64,000 nt of DNA from Candidatus Hydrogenedentota bacterium (GCA_034669905.1 JAXMOL010000012.1:1-64000), one strand, 5' to 3'; counted from the first letter of the stretch, positions 1-10,144 are shown. Notes: generated from the sequence alone by a model not told the origin. Translations and numbers: made by a program.

Positions 1-460
1 TGCCTTCGCGCAGAAGGCCACGTGGGGTAACGAGTGGACCGCGAAGTAACGGCCCATTCAACGGATGCACCGCACGCGTGAATGCGCGAGGCTGTCCCGG
101 CAGTATGGGGAGACGAGGTGTTGGGGAGGTGGACGGGAGTCAAATCACGCATCCGCTACCGTTACCGCGGATAGGATTGTCTGTGCCCCCTGAGGGGCGT
201 CCACCAGGTTGGGAGTGCGTACACGTTGCGGCCTGCCGTCGTGGTGTACTACCGGTACAGTCCCGAACTTCGTCTGGGACGAAGTCGAGGACAGTCCCAG
301 CACCGGGACAGGAACGCGCGTTGGCGTGGCGCTTGTAAGGGCGGCGTGGCTGGGATGGCGAGATGCCATCATGAAATACCTGCGTTGCACGGGCGCGATA
401 CCGTCCCATAGGTGTATGGAGCGTCGGCGGCCCGCCGGCATCGGTGCCCAAGGCACCGAA
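1..460. repeat. Mosaic REP-like intergenic repeat cluster, copy 1 (runs off the left edge)
   Basis: 1-129 matches 32629-32757. 241-310 (GTACAGTCCCGAACTTCGTCTGGGACGAAGTCGAGGACAGTCCC) matches 32560-32628 and 33175-33265. 302-460 matches about 32894-33050. Several internal hairpins. Confidence 0.85.
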
Positions 461-664
461 TGACGTCCCGAAAGGGGGAGGTCGTGTGGGGCCTGCGAAG
501 AGGACCGAGCTTCTCAGGAAGCCAACCCGTGGAGGACGTTGTATCGTTCCCACACTTCACGGTACCATGTACGCAAGAAGCGGAGAGATGGAGTCGTTGG
601 GGTTTACGTTGCGCAGTTTTTGTCTGTCGTGTCCCCAACTCCCAGGGAGAGAGGAAGGTCACCG

Positions 665-1012
665 ATGGCCGAAGACTGTCTATTTTGTAAGATTGCTGCA
701 GGCGAAATCCCATCCGAGGAAGTCTATTCCGACGACGAGTTTTATGCCTTTCGGGATATCAATCCCGGTGCGCCTACCCATTGCCTGGTGATTCCGCGGA
801 AACACATTGCCCGTATCACCGAAGCCAGTCCCGAAGACGAGGGCCTCTTGGGCCGCCTGCTGCTTCGGGCGAACGCCATCGCCGCGGCAGAAGGCATTGT
901 GGAGCCGGGCTTCCGTTACGTGATTAATTGTAACGACGAGGGGGGGCAGACGGTATACCACATTCACCTGCACATTCTGGGTGGTCGCACCCTCTCCTGG
1001 CCTCCCGGCTGA
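665..1012 (+). CDS. hinT: Histidine triad (HIT) nucleotide-binding protein
   Basis: MAEDCLFCKI N-terminus, HIHLH triad, C-terminal WPPG; purine-rich RBS before the ATG at 665. Confidence 0.95.
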   Translation: MAEDCLFCKIAAGEIPSEEVYSDDEFYAFRDINPGAPTHCLVIPRKHIARITEASPEDEGLLGRLLLRANAIAAAEGIVEPGFRYVINCNDEGGQTVYHIHLHILGGRTLSWPPG

Positions 1013-1039
1013 GCAGGCTGCTCCGCTCCACCTGTCCAA

Positions 1040-1948
1040 TTGACTTTCAAACCTTTTCCCCAGGAACACCCCTTGCCCCCGGTTATTTCAACAGCGACTC
1101 AGTTTTGCGCCGTTATCGGCAACCCCGTCGGCCATTCCCTTTCTCCCGCCATTCACAATGCCGCCATTCAGGCGGCGGGCCTGGATTATATCTATGGCGC
1201 CTTTCGCGTCGAAGACGTGGGGGCCTGCCTCCAGGGCATGCGGGCCATGGAAGGTTTCCGTGGCCTGAGCGTCACCATCCCCCACAAAGTGGATGCCATG
1301 GCCCATATGGACGAATTGTCCCCCATGGCCCAGCAGGTGGGGTGCATTAATACGGTGACCAACGAGGGGGGACGTCTCATCGGCAGTGTGACCGACGGGA
1401 CGGGCACCCTGCGGGCCTTTGCCCATGCGAAGGTCGACCTGAAGGGCAAGAAGGTGGTCTTTCTCGGTGCCGGTGGCGCTGTCCGCGCGGTGGCCTTTGC
1501 CATTGCGATGGAGTCTGGCTGTGGCGGGATTACGGTCCTCGCACGGGACCCACAGAAATCCGCGGCGCTGGTGGCCGATATCGCGCCCCACGCGACGTGC
1601 CCCGTGGCCCATGGCGACCTGAACGCCGACATTAACGTCGTCATGGCGGACCACGAGGTGGTCATTCAGGGCACGCCGGTCGGTATGTATCCCAATCACG
1701 AGAACGCCCTGCCCATTCCGGCAGCGACGTTGCGACCAGAGCACATTGTCTTTGACATGGTCTACCGCCCGTTGGAAACGGCCCTGATTCAGGCAGCCAA
1801 GGCCAAAGGGTGCGCGACGATTTTCGGGACGGAGATGCTCGTGCAGCAGGCGGCCGAACAATTTGAAACATGGACCGGCCAGCACGCGCCGGTGGATGTG
1901 ATGCGAGACACCCTGTTGAACGCCCTGGCGCGGACGGCAGCAACGTAG
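1040..1948 (+). CDS. aroE: Shikimate dehydrogenase
   Basis: GNPVGHSLSP, SVTIPHK, INTV, GAGGA, DMVYRP and QAAEQFETWTG motifs; exact start uncertain. Confidence 0.93.
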   Translation: MTFKPFPQEHPLPPVISTATQFCAVIGNPVGHSLSPAIHNAAIQAAGLDYIYGAFRVEDVGACLQGMRAMEGFRGLSVTIPHKVDAMAHMDELSPMAQQVGCINTVTNEGGRLIGSVTDGTGTLRAFAHAKVDLKGKKVVFLGAGGAVRAVAFAIAMESGCGGITVLARDPQKSAALVADIAPHATCPVAHGDLNADINVVMADHEVVIQGTPVGMYPNHENALPIPAATLRPEHIVFDMVYRPLETALIQAAKAKGCATIFGTEMLVQQAAEQFETWTGQHAPVDVMRDTLLNALARTAAT

Positions 1949-2002
1949 ACCACGCAGTCACTTCGTCTTTCGGCGGGGTGAAACTTCGAAAGGAACGGGA
2001 CC

Positions 2003-2203
2003 GTGAAAGTCAGAACCTTTATGTCCAAGTCGAACTTGGATGGCCTGGGACAGAGTGACGAGCAAATCAACCACTGGTTGGCCAATGAGAACGTGGATGT
2101 GCTCTTCGTGAAACAATCCAGTGGCTACGAGCGTCACCACGGCCAGAGCTCTGACCCCATTGTGGTCACGTCCATCTGGTACAACGATTCGGGTACTTCC
2201 TGA
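2003..2203 (+). CDS. Small hypothetical protein (weak resemblance to Cse60-like small proteins)
   Basis: 66-aa ORF with an upstream AGGA, co-oriented in the gene run; pattern KVRTF...QINHWL...SIWY. Confidence 0.6.
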   Translation: MKVRTFMSKSNLDGLGQSDEQINHWLANENVDVLFVKQSSGYERHHGQSSDPIVVTSIWYNDSGTS

Positions 2204-2337
2204 GAAACGTCGTGCCGTTTCGTTGCGTGTCCGTCGGATATCGTGATACCATAAGCGACCTTCTGTAGTCGTATACTGTGTGCTTTGCGCGCACGGTAGA
2301 TCGGCCTGATCGCCGATCCATTTTTAAGGAAAATACT

Positions 2338-3168
2338 ATGTTGCTTACCCAGTACATCGCCGAAAACTGTATCGTGACGGACGTCGAGGCCACCAATAAA
2401 GCCGATGTGCTCAAAGAGTTGACGAATTTGCTCTTTGATCAGAAGAAACTGAAGGGTGTCGGGCCAGCACTGGACCAGATCATGGCCCGGGAAGCAACGG
2501 AAAGCACGGGTATCGGGCACGGCATCGCCGTACCCCACGCACGGGTATCGGGTCTTAAGAATCTCATTTGCGCCGTCGGCCGGGTCAAAGATGGCCTGGA
2601 GTTCATGGCGGTAGATAAGAACCCGGTTCACCTGATTTTCCTTATTTGTTACCCGCCGACCCAGCAAACGACCTACCTGAACTTCATCGCCACCGTATCC
2701 AAATTGTTGCGGGAAGACGAGCATATGCAGGCGCTTCTGGATTCGGAGTCCGACGAGCAGATGTTTGGGGTGCTGGAAAAACTTTCCGAGTCGCTCGTCA
2801 AAGAGGAAGCACATTATGAGAGTCAGGTACAGGCCGATCCCGAGCTGATGAAGGCCCAGGATGCCCACGCCGATCTCGTGTTGCTCGCCCGTCTTCAGCT
2901 CTGCCAGGAAATGTATGAGACGGCCCGGACCGGCAAAAAGCAGATTAAGCAGCGCATTGAAAATATTCGATCCATGGTTGATGCCCGCATCCTCAAGCAC
3001 TATGACCGCTTGACCAAGGGGCGTGCGCCTGCCCTCGTTCCCGTTGAAGGGGACACCTGCCAGGGGTGCTTTATGAAGCTCCCGTCCCAGTATGCCCAGC
3101 GGGTTCGTCAGGATTCCGATCACATCCATACCTGCAACAATTGCAGTCGCTTCATCTATATCGTATAG
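2338..3168 (+). CDS. PTS EIIA (Ntr/Fru-type) domain fused to a coiled-coil and C4 zinc-ribbon (zf-RING_7/CT398-like) domain
   Basis: STGIGHGIAVPHAR phospho-His motif; C-terminal CQGC...CNNCSR; RBS AAGGA before the ATG at 2338. Confidence 0.88.
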   Translation: MLLTQYIAENCIVTDVEATNKADVLKELTNLLFDQKKLKGVGPALDQIMAREATESTGIGHGIAVPHARVSGLKNLICAVGRVKDGLEFMAVDKNPVHLIFLICYPPTQQTTYLNFIATVSKLLREDEHMQALLDSESDEQMFGVLEKLSESLVKEEAHYESQVQADPELMKAQDAHADLVLLARLQLCQEMYETARTGKKQIKQRIENIRSMVDARILKHYDRLTKGRAPALVPVEGDTCQGCFMKLPSQYAQRVRQDSDHIHTCNNCSRFIYIV

Positions 3169-3258
3169 CTATCGCCCACGTTCTGCCACGGATGTTGTCT
3201 GTGTCGTGGTGTGTGATGGGGCCAGGGTCTGAACTCTTACGCACGAGGCATTGGCATC

Positions 3259-3687
3259 ATGAATACGGCAACGATCGACGAGTACATCAAGCGGGTGGCC
3301 CTCTTTGAAGGCTTGAGCCGGGAAGAAGTGGCCAAGATTTTCGCCAAGGGCATGACCATGAACGTGTCGTCTGGCGAGCACATTTTCCTGAAGGGCACCG
3401 TCGGCAACCAGATGTATGTCGTACTGGGCGGGAAACTGGGCGTCTTCGATGGCAACAAGTGCATCGCGGAACTCCGCACCGGCGACATGTTTGGCGAGAT
3501 GGCCCTGGTCAACAAAGAGCCCCGCAGTGCCACGGTGACCGCCATCAATGAGAGTCGCTTATTCGTCCTGAGCGAGTCGACCTTTGAGCGCCTGTTGAGC
3601 AAGCGGGCCGCGGTCAAGATCCTACTGAATATCGTGCGTACCTTGAGCCACCGGCTGAAAGATGCGAACAAGCGGTTCAGCGGCTGA
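3259..3687 (+). CDS. Stand-alone cyclic nucleotide-binding domain protein
   Basis: GDMFGEMAL...PRSATVTA cNMP-binding signature; no HTH. Confidence 0.9.
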   Translation: MNTATIDEYIKRVALFEGLSREEVAKIFAKGMTMNVSSGEHIFLKGTVGNQMYVVLGGKLGVFDGNKCIAELRTGDMFGEMALVNKEPRSATVTAINESRLFVLSESTFERLLSKRAAVKILLNIVRTLSHRLKDANKRFSG

Positions 3688-3771
3688 CAAAAACCGACAA
3701 TAAGCGACGGCAACAGGGGTCGCTACGAGGAATAATCGTTTTTATTTCCTCCGGTTTCCCTCATTTTCCGC

Positions 3772-3799
3772 TAAAGCTTCTCCCCTACGCTGCCGATAA
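3772..3799 (+). promoter_or_regulatory. Sigma-28 (FliA/SigD) promoter of fliD
   Basis: TAAA-N16-GCCGATAA ending about 50 nt upstream of fliD. Confidence 0.85.
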
Positions 3800-3851
3800 A
3801 TTCGGATGAGCGGATTTATCCGCGCCAGTTTCATGGCAAGGAGCGTAGCGT

Positions 3852-5567
3852 ATGAGTGGTACATTCAGTTCGGGTGGCCTGATCACCGGAATCGATAGTG
3901 GAACGCTGATTCAACAATTGATTCAGATCGACAGCCAGCCGATTTTCCGTCTGGAAGACCGAATCACGTCGTTGAACAGTCAGCGGGATGCGATCAGTGG
4001 CATCCGGACGACCCTCCTCGATCTTCGTAATACGCTCCAGGACTTCCAGTTCAATAACATATTTGACGCCTATACGTCGTCGTCCAGTACGCCGGAGGTT
4101 CTCACTTCGGAAGTATCCGGGTCGGCCCCGGTCGTGGGTTCGTTTCAAATAAACGTGCAGAAACTCGCGACGGCGACCCAGGCCGGTAGCAGCGCTTCTC
4201 TGGGGGCGCCCATTAATACGGCGGCGGCCCTCGACAGCAGCGGTATTGCCGCCGAGATCGATGGGGGGAACTTCACCATCAACGGGGTCCAGTTCAGTGT
4301 AGACCCCACGACGGATAGTCTCGACTCCATCCTCAATGCCATCAACAGCAGCGCGGCCGGGGTCACGGCCACCTATGACGGGGTTACCGACAAGGTCACC
4401 CTGGCCAACACCACGGTCGGCGACACCAGTGTCATCAACCTGGGAGCGGAGAGCGACGACAGCAATCTGTTGAGCGTGCTTTCCTTGACCCAGGCGACCC
4501 AGCTGCCCAACGGCAGCGGTTCGACGGCCACGACAAGCACCCGAAACCTGGGGGCGATTGCCAGCACCGAGTTCCTGAGCGCCAACAGTTTCGGCGATGG
4601 AGCTGTCACCGCAGGGACCTTTTCCATCAACGGGGTATCGATTACCGTGGACCCGTCCAGTGAAAGCCTTCTGGATGTGCTGGGTGCTATTAACGAGTCG
4701 GGCGCGGGGGTGACGGCCAGCTATGACACCGCAACGGATACGATTCGGGTGATCTCCAAGACCCTCGGTAGTCCCACCATACGGTTTGGCGGTGCGGGGG
4801 ACACGAGCAATTTTCTGGATGTGACCAACCTGGATACGGCGGTGCAGACCGCTGGTGCCGATACCGAGTTTACCGTCAATGGGGGCGCGGTTCAGACCCG
4901 TAACTCCAACTCCGTCAGCGATGCCATCAGCGGGGTGACCCTGAACCTGTTGAGCCTGGGCACGAGCACGGTGACGGTCTCTTCGGACAACGATGCGATT
5001 GTCGAAGAAGTCCAGGGATTCATTACCCAGTTTAACGACGCGGTGAACCAGATTCGCGGGCTTACTTCGAATGAAGGGGTACTGCGGGGTGACTCGGGCC
5101 TGCGTTCCATCGACAGCTATCTGGTGAGTAATGTTTTCAAACAGCTCAGTGGCGTGTCGGGAGACTTTAAGAGCCTGGTAGACATCGGCATTACGTCGGG
5201 GGCGGACTTCAGCGCGGATTCGGGGCTCAACCTTGAGCTGGACGAAGAAGTGTTTCGGGATGCATTGCGCAGTGGCCGGACCAATGTGCAGAACCTGTTT
5301 ACCAATGCGGGCGAAACGGGTGTCGGCGATATCTTGTTTGAGTTTCTCGATGAAGCAACGAAGTCGACCGGATTCCTGAACCAACGTGCCAAATCCAACG
5401 GCACGATTGACCAGCAGATTCAAAGTGCGAACGATCAGATTGCCCGTATTCAGGATCGGCTGACCCAGAAAGAAGACCGCTTGCGGCGACAATTTACGTC
5501 CCTGGAGCAGCTGTCCGCCACCTATCAAAACCAGGCCTCGTCGCTTTCGGCCATTGGGGTCTTCTGA
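3852..5567 (+). CDS. fliD: Flagellar filament cap protein FliD
   Basis: N-terminal GLITGIDSGTLIQQL, central NSVSDAISGVTLNL, C-terminal coiled coil RLRRQFTSLE; followed by fliS. Confidence 0.93.
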   Translation: MSGTFSSGGLITGIDSGTLIQQLIQIDSQPIFRLEDRITSLNSQRDAISGIRTTLLDLRNTLQDFQFNNIFDAYTSSSSTPEVLTSEVSGSAPVVGSFQINVQKLATATQAGSSASLGAPINTAAALDSSGIAAEIDGGNFTINGVQFSVDPTTDSLDSILNAINSSAAGVTATYDGVTDKVTLANTTVGDTSVINLGAESDDSNLLSVLSLTQATQLPNGSGSTATTSTRNLGAIASTEFLSANSFGDGAVTAGTFSINGVSITVDPSSESLLDVLGAINESGAGVTASYDTATDTIRVISKTLGSPTIRFGGAGDTSNFLDVTNLDTAVQTAGADTEFTVNGGAVQTRNSNSVSDAISGVTLNLLSLGTSTVTVSSDNDAIVEEVQGFITQFNDAVNQIRGLTSNEGVLRGDSGLRSIDSYLVSNVFKQLSGVSGDFKSLVDIGITSGADFSADSGLNLELDEEVFRDALRSGRTNVQNLFTNAGETGVGDILFEFLDEATKSTGFLNQRAKSNGTIDQQIQSANDQIARIQDRLTQKEDRLRRQFTSLEQLSATYQNQASSLSAIGVF

Positions 5568-5659
5568 CGGGTATGATACGAATTCATTCCTTGTTCAACG
5601 GTGATTGACGAGGTATTATGTAACACAGGTTGAGTAAACCGGATAAAGGAGTGAGGTGT

Positions 5660-6100
5660 ATGTCAGCAGCTTCCAGCACGAATGCCTACACAAAAGTGGA
5701 TGTTGAAACGGCTTCTCAGGGCAAACTGGTTGTCATGCTCTTCAACGGGGCGATTAAGCGCGCCGAAGAGGCGAAGCGGCAATTGGAGAACGGGAAAAAC
5801 GAAGGGGTGCACAATAATCTCATCCGTTCCCAGGAGATAATTGCAGAGCTTCGCGCTTCGTTGGACATGAAGCACGGCGAGATCGCGAAGAATCTGGACC
5901 GCCTTTACGAGTACTTTCAGCATCTCCTGATCCAGGCCAACATAAAAAAAGCCGATGCGCCCATCGATGAATGTATTAACCTCATGATCAGCATGCGGGA
6001 TACCTGGCAGGAAGCCTTCCGCAATGCGGCGGCCGCCCAGCCCAATGCCGTGCCCCAGATCAATCAGCACGGTGCTGCCCTGCTGAATCTGCAAGGTTAG
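5660..6100 (+). CDS. fliS: Flagellin export chaperone FliS
   Basis: AY...VETASQGKLVVMLFNGAI, IIAELRASLD...IAKNLDRLYEY. Confidence 0.95.
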   Translation: MSAASSTNAYTKVDVETASQGKLVVMLFNGAIKRAEEAKRQLENGKNEGVHNNLIRSQEIIAELRASLDMKHGEIAKNLDRLYEYFQHLLIQANIKKADAPIDECINLMISMRDTWQEAFRNAAAAQPNAVPQINQHGAALLNLQG

Positions 6101-6148
6101 CAGTTACCGTATCGCTATAAACCGGCCCACACCCCGCTCTTAAACCAC

Positions 6149-6183
6149 AATGCCCCTCGCTACCGGGTAGCGAGGGGCATTTT
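6149..6183. terminator. Intrinsic terminator between convergent fliS and DJ-1 genes
   Basis: AATGCCCCTCGCTAC-CGG(G)-GTAGCGAGGGGCATT perfect stem. Confidence 0.8.
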
Positions 6184-6196
6184 AATGGGGGTGGAA

Positions 6197-6781
6197 TCAG
6201 CTGTGGGTAATCTTCGTGCCCAGCACTTCCAGAAACTGGGCGAGCCAGGCCGGGTGGGCGGGCCAGGCCGGCGCCGAAACCAGATTGCCTTCCGTATGGG
6301 CGCAGTCCACGTCGATATTGACGTAGGTGCCACCGGCGGCCGTGACCTCGGGGCCCACCGCAGGATAGGCGCTGCAGGAACGTTCCTCCAGCACACCGGC
6401 TGCCGTGAGAATCTGCAGTCCGTGGCAAATGGCGGCCACCGGTTTGCCCGTCTCCATGAAGTGACGGGTCATATCGAGCACCTTCTGATTGAGCCGGAGG
6501 TATTCGGGGGCCCGGCCGCCGGGCACGACCAGCGCGTCATAGGTCGCGGGGTCGACATCGGCAAAGGTGGCGTTCAGGGCGAAGTTGTGCCCGGGCTTTT
6601 CACTGTAGGTCTGGTCTCCTTCAAAGTCGTGAATAGCCGTGCGGATCGCGTCGCCAGCGGATTTGTCCGGGCACACGGCGTCGACGGTGTGGCCGACCAT
6701 CTGCAGGGCTTGAAAGGGCACCATGACTTCGTAGTCTTCCACGTAGTCGCCCACGATCATCAGAATTTTCTTAGCGGTCAT
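6197..6781 (-). CDS. DJ-1/PfpI family protein
   Basis: [16 protein letters not shown] and AICHG (catalytic Cys). Confidence 0.93.
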   Translation of the reverse strand: MTAKKILMIVGDYVEDYEVMVPFQALQMVGHTVDAVCPDKSAGDAIRTAIHDFEGDQTYSEKPGHNFALNATFADVDPATYDALVVPGGRAPEYLRLNQKVLDMTRHFMETGKPVAAICHGLQILTAAGVLEERSCSAYPAVGPEVTAAGGTYVNIDVDCAHTEGNLVSAPAWPAHPAWLAQFLEVLGTKITHS

Positions 6782-6931
6782 TGGATATTCCTCCGTCACA
6801 CGGGGTAGGGGGGCCATGTGTATGGGGTTGTCGGATGGTTGAGGATTTACTGTTTACATGGGGGCCACTATACCAAATATAGCCTGGCCCGGACATCCGC
6901 TGGGGGGAATCGATATGTTATGCTTTGACCT

Positions 6932-8074
6932 ATGCAGTACCCCTACACGCCCCCCTTCGAGACTATTCTGAAAGCCGAATTCCTGCACCGACCCAACCGA
7001 TTCGTAGTGCATGGACGCCTGGCGTCCGGCGAAGAGGTCCGGGCCTTTCTTCCGAATCCCGGACGTCTCCAGGAATTGCTTCTGCCTGCCGTCACCATCT
7101 ACCTGGTGCCCGAGCCACCAGGGTCCACGCGTAAGACCCAATACACCATGGTCGGTGTCGCGGGGAAATCCGGGCCTGTTTTTCTCCACACCCATGTGAA
7201 CAATGAGGTGGCCCGCCACCTGGTTACTCATGACCTGATTCCGGGATTGGAAGGTGCCACCATTACCCGCTCCGAGGTGCCCCTGGGCCGGAGCCGTTTC
7301 GATTTCCTGCTTGAGCAGGATGGCGAGCCCGTTTATGTGGAGGTGAAGTCCTGCACCTTGTTCGGCAACGGCGTGGCCATGTTTCCCGACGCGATTACGG
7401 AGCGGGGGAGAAGGCATTTGCTGGAGCTGGCCGAGTTGGCAGCGCACGGGACGCGCACCGTCGTGCTGTTCATTGTGCATTCGGGGGAGGTGACGTGCTT
7501 CATGCCCGACTACCACACGGACCTTGCCTTTTCGCACACCTTGCTGGCCGTCCGGGAGCAGGTTTCCATTCTACCCGTATCAGTGTCGTGGAGCGACGCC
7601 TTTCGTATCGAGACGATGCCCCGACTGCTGCCCATCCCGTGGGAGTACCTCGCGGAGGAAGCCGTTGATGGGGGCAATTACCTGCTCTTACTACATATGA
7701 CGGTGGATGCCCCGGTTCCACCCGGCTTTTATCTGGTTCTGGGGTATGCGGCATCCGATTTGTTTGGCCATTGTCGGAGAATACTGCGAAATGGCCGTTC
7801 ACTGCCGGATGATCTGGCTTCCTGGGTGCCCGCCGCCTCGTCCAAAGAGATACTTCCTGTTGCGGGCGCTCAGGATCGCTCAGAACCCATCATGGCCTCC
7901 CTGACGTCTCTTGCGGGGTTTGCGAGTCCTGACGGGGCTTCCGAGTGGGTGCAAGCGGGGGTCTACGTGGGCGTCGTACCCCACGATCCGATGAAACAGC
8001 CCGCGTTTCACGATATTTTGGCAAAACACCGGATGCGGGCTCCGAGTGTCCCAAAATGGGACGGAACGGGGTGA
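6932..8074 (+). CDS. sfsA: SfsA DNA/RNA nuclease with a degenerate C-terminal DUF123-like extension
   Basis: RPNRF, PNPGRLQELL, SRFDFLL, VEVKSCTL, FPDAITERGRRHL; about 135 extra C-terminal residues. Confidence 0.9.
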   Translation: MQYPYTPPFETILKAEFLHRPNRFVVHGRLASGEEVRAFLPNPGRLQELLLPAVTIYLVPEPPGSTRKTQYTMVGVAGKSGPVFLHTHVNNEVARHLVTHDLIPGLEGATITRSEVPLGRSRFDFLLEQDGEPVYVEVKSCTLFGNGVAMFPDAITERGRRHLLELAELAAHGTRTVVLFIVHSGEVTCFMPDYHTDLAFSHTLLAVREQVSILPVSVSWSDAFRIETMPRLLPIPWEYLAEEAVDGGNYLLLLHMTVDAPVPPGFYLVLGYAASDLFGHCRRILRNGRSLPDDLASWVPAASSKEILPVAGAQDRSEPIMASLTSLAGFASPDGASEWVQAGVYVGVVPHDPMKQPAFHDILAKHRMRAPSVPKWDGTG

Positions 8075-8309
8075 GAATTGGGGTGTAACAATCTGTGTAG
8101 TGGGGCGTATAAGTAGATGACACCGGACTGGCAACGTTTTTCTAAGGATATGACGATAGGGTTACATTTTTATTGAAAACCCGAATATCACTTGAAATTT
8201 GCGGGATTCTATGTTAAAAACCATTGTGAGCTTGGCGAGATGTTAGTGAGCGCAGTTAGTTGGAATGTGTCTCCTGCTAGCGTTACCAGAGGTCGTAGAG
8301 GTTTAGCGC

Positions 8310-8618
8310 ATGACAGTTACGATTACGAGAGCCGAACAGAGAGAGATTGAGCGACATAAATATTTTATGTCCAAGACGGCAGGTTATGACGTGGGATTCG
8401 AAGCCGCGTACCAGGACTGGATGGACAACTACGCCGATTCATATCGGGAAGAGGCGCAGCGCCGGATGCTGGAGATGCAGCGCAAAGAGATTGCACGGCA
8501 CACTTGGATCGAATCCGAGAAGGCACGACGTAATCTGGGGCGAGAAGCGGCACTGGACTGGGTGCTGAAATACGCCGCCCAGTGGCGCGCCTGGTACAAT
8601 GCCACGTACGTTGAATAG
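8310..8618 (+). CDS. Small protein made of two tandem DUF4032-like repeats
   Basis: EIERHKYFMSKTAGYDVGFEAAYQDW and EIARHTWIESEKARRNLGREAALDW; RBS GAGG. Confidence 0.75.
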   Translation: MTVTITRAEQREIERHKYFMSKTAGYDVGFEAAYQDWMDNYADSYREEAQRRMLEMQRKEIARHTWIESEKARRNLGREAALDWVLKYAAQWRAWYNATYVE

Positions 8619-8635
8619 TACAGTAATAAACTTCA

Positions 8636-8667
8636 CGCCTGGTCCCAGTAGGGTCCAGGCGTTTTTC
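8636..8667 (+). terminator. Intrinsic terminator
   Basis: ACGCCTGG...CCAGGCGT stem followed by a T-run. Confidence 0.7.
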
Positions 8668-8684
8668 GTTTGGTCGGGAAGGGC

Positions 8685-10043
8685 TCAGGCTTTCAGCGAC
8701 CACGGCCCCCGAAAATCGACGGCCTTGAGCAGGCGATCGGCTTCGTCATCACCAATGACCGTTTCCCTTTCCGGATCCCACGTTAGCGGGCGATTCAAGG
8801 TCTGCGACACATAGCCCAGATGGCCGGGCGTAATACTGCGGTGGCCGATTTCTGCGGGGGCGACACATTCGGTGCGGGTCCGCACGCCCTCGAGAAAGTT
8901 CTCCACATGATTCCGGGACTCGTAGGCCTTGATGGGGCCGGGGTCAAAGTCTTTTGCGAAGAGTGCCTGATCGGACGCCGCGTCGTCTCCGCGGTTGCCC
9001 CAGATCCATCCGTCCTCGCCGTACCAGGTGGCGCCTCCTTTGTGGCGGGTGCTGATGCTCGTGGTGACGCCATTCGCGTAGCGGCACCGGATTTCATAAT
9101 GGACCGGCGTGTCATAGCCTACGAATTCCGCCCAGGTCCAGCCTTGGGTGGCATCCACCTCCACGGGGCCACTGCGCTCTACCCCCATAGCCCAATGGGC
9201 GATGTCGTTGTGGTGGCCGATCCAATCCATGAGATTGCCCCCGCCATAGGCCCGGTGCCAGCGCCAGGCGCGGTGGTGGCGTGCCCGCATGTAGGGGAGC
9301 TTTTCCGACGGGCCACACCAAAAGTTATAGTCCAGGTGTTCGGGCGGTTCCGTAATCGTGGGGTCGGCCTGGGGCAAACTGAAGCCCAGGGGAAGTCCCA
9401 CTTCTACACGCTGTAATTTGCCGATGTGTCCATTTTGTATGAGTTCCACGCACCGGTGGAGTCGGGGGATGGAACGTTGCTGGGAGCCTGTCTGGAAGAT
9501 GGCCTTTTGCTTGGCCACTTCCGCCACGACGGCTTGCCCTTCGCCAAAGAGGTGGGTAACCGGCTTTTCGCAATAGACATCTTTGCCATTCCGCAGGGCC
9601 TCCAGGGTGCAGAGGGCGTGCCAATGATCTGGCGTCGCCACCACGATGACATCAATGTCATCCCGGGCGCAGATTTCACGAAAGTCGCTGTGGGTGTCGC
9701 AGCCCCGATAGGTGCCCTGCTGTATCGCCTCGCTGTAGAAATTTTCCACCACGGCCTTCGCGCCATCCCGCCCGCAGGGACTGCGCTTCTCCCACTCCTG
9801 GTCGCGGTAGTGGAGCTTGTGCACATCGCACACCGCGACGACCTGGGTGCCCTTGGCCTGAAGAAAGCGGCCCACATGGCCCATGCCGATACCACCCAGT
9901 CCGATGATGCCCACGTTGAGGCGCTCGCTGGGTGGTGGTGTGGCGTCGTTGCCCCAGGCCCGTGTCGAAATGATGGTGGGGGCAAGGGTGGCGGCCAGGG
10001 TGGTCTTCGCGAAGGTGCGGCGGGAGATGGGGGCGTGTTTCAT
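8685..10043 (-). CDS. Gfo/Idh/MocA oxidoreductase with a Tat signal
   Basis: SRRTF twin-arginine motif, GIIGLGGIG, ATPDHWH, YCEKP, GSQQRS. Confidence 0.92.
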   Translation of the reverse strand: MKHAPISRRTFAKTTLAATLAPTIISTRAWGNDATPPPSERLNVGIIGLGGIGMGHVGRFLQAKGTQVVAVCDVHKLHYRDQEWEKRSPCGRDGAKAVVENFYSEAIQQGTYRGCDTHSDFREICARDDIDVIVVATPDHWHALCTLEALRNGKDVYCEKPVTHLFGEGQAVVAEVAKQKAIFQTGSQQRSIPRLHRCVELIQNGHIGKLQRVEVGLPLGFSLPQADPTITEPPEHLDYNFWCGPSEKLPYMRARHHRAWRWHRAYGGGNLMDWIGHHNDIAHWAMGVERSGPVEVDATQGWTWAEFVGYDTPVHYEIRCRYANGVTTSISTRHKGGATWYGEDGWIWGNRGDDAASDQALFAKDFDPGPIKAYESRNHVENFLEGVRTRTECVAPAEIGHRSITPGHLGYVSQTLNRPLTWDPERETVIGDDEADRLLKAVDFRGPWSLKA

Positions 10044-10144
10044 GGCGTTGGCTCTCTCGTTTAAGACTGCGGCATGGAACGAAAAAGCCAATATAGCACA
10101 GGGACCGCCTTCGGGAAAGCGGGGGGAGGCCAGTCCGGAGGACG

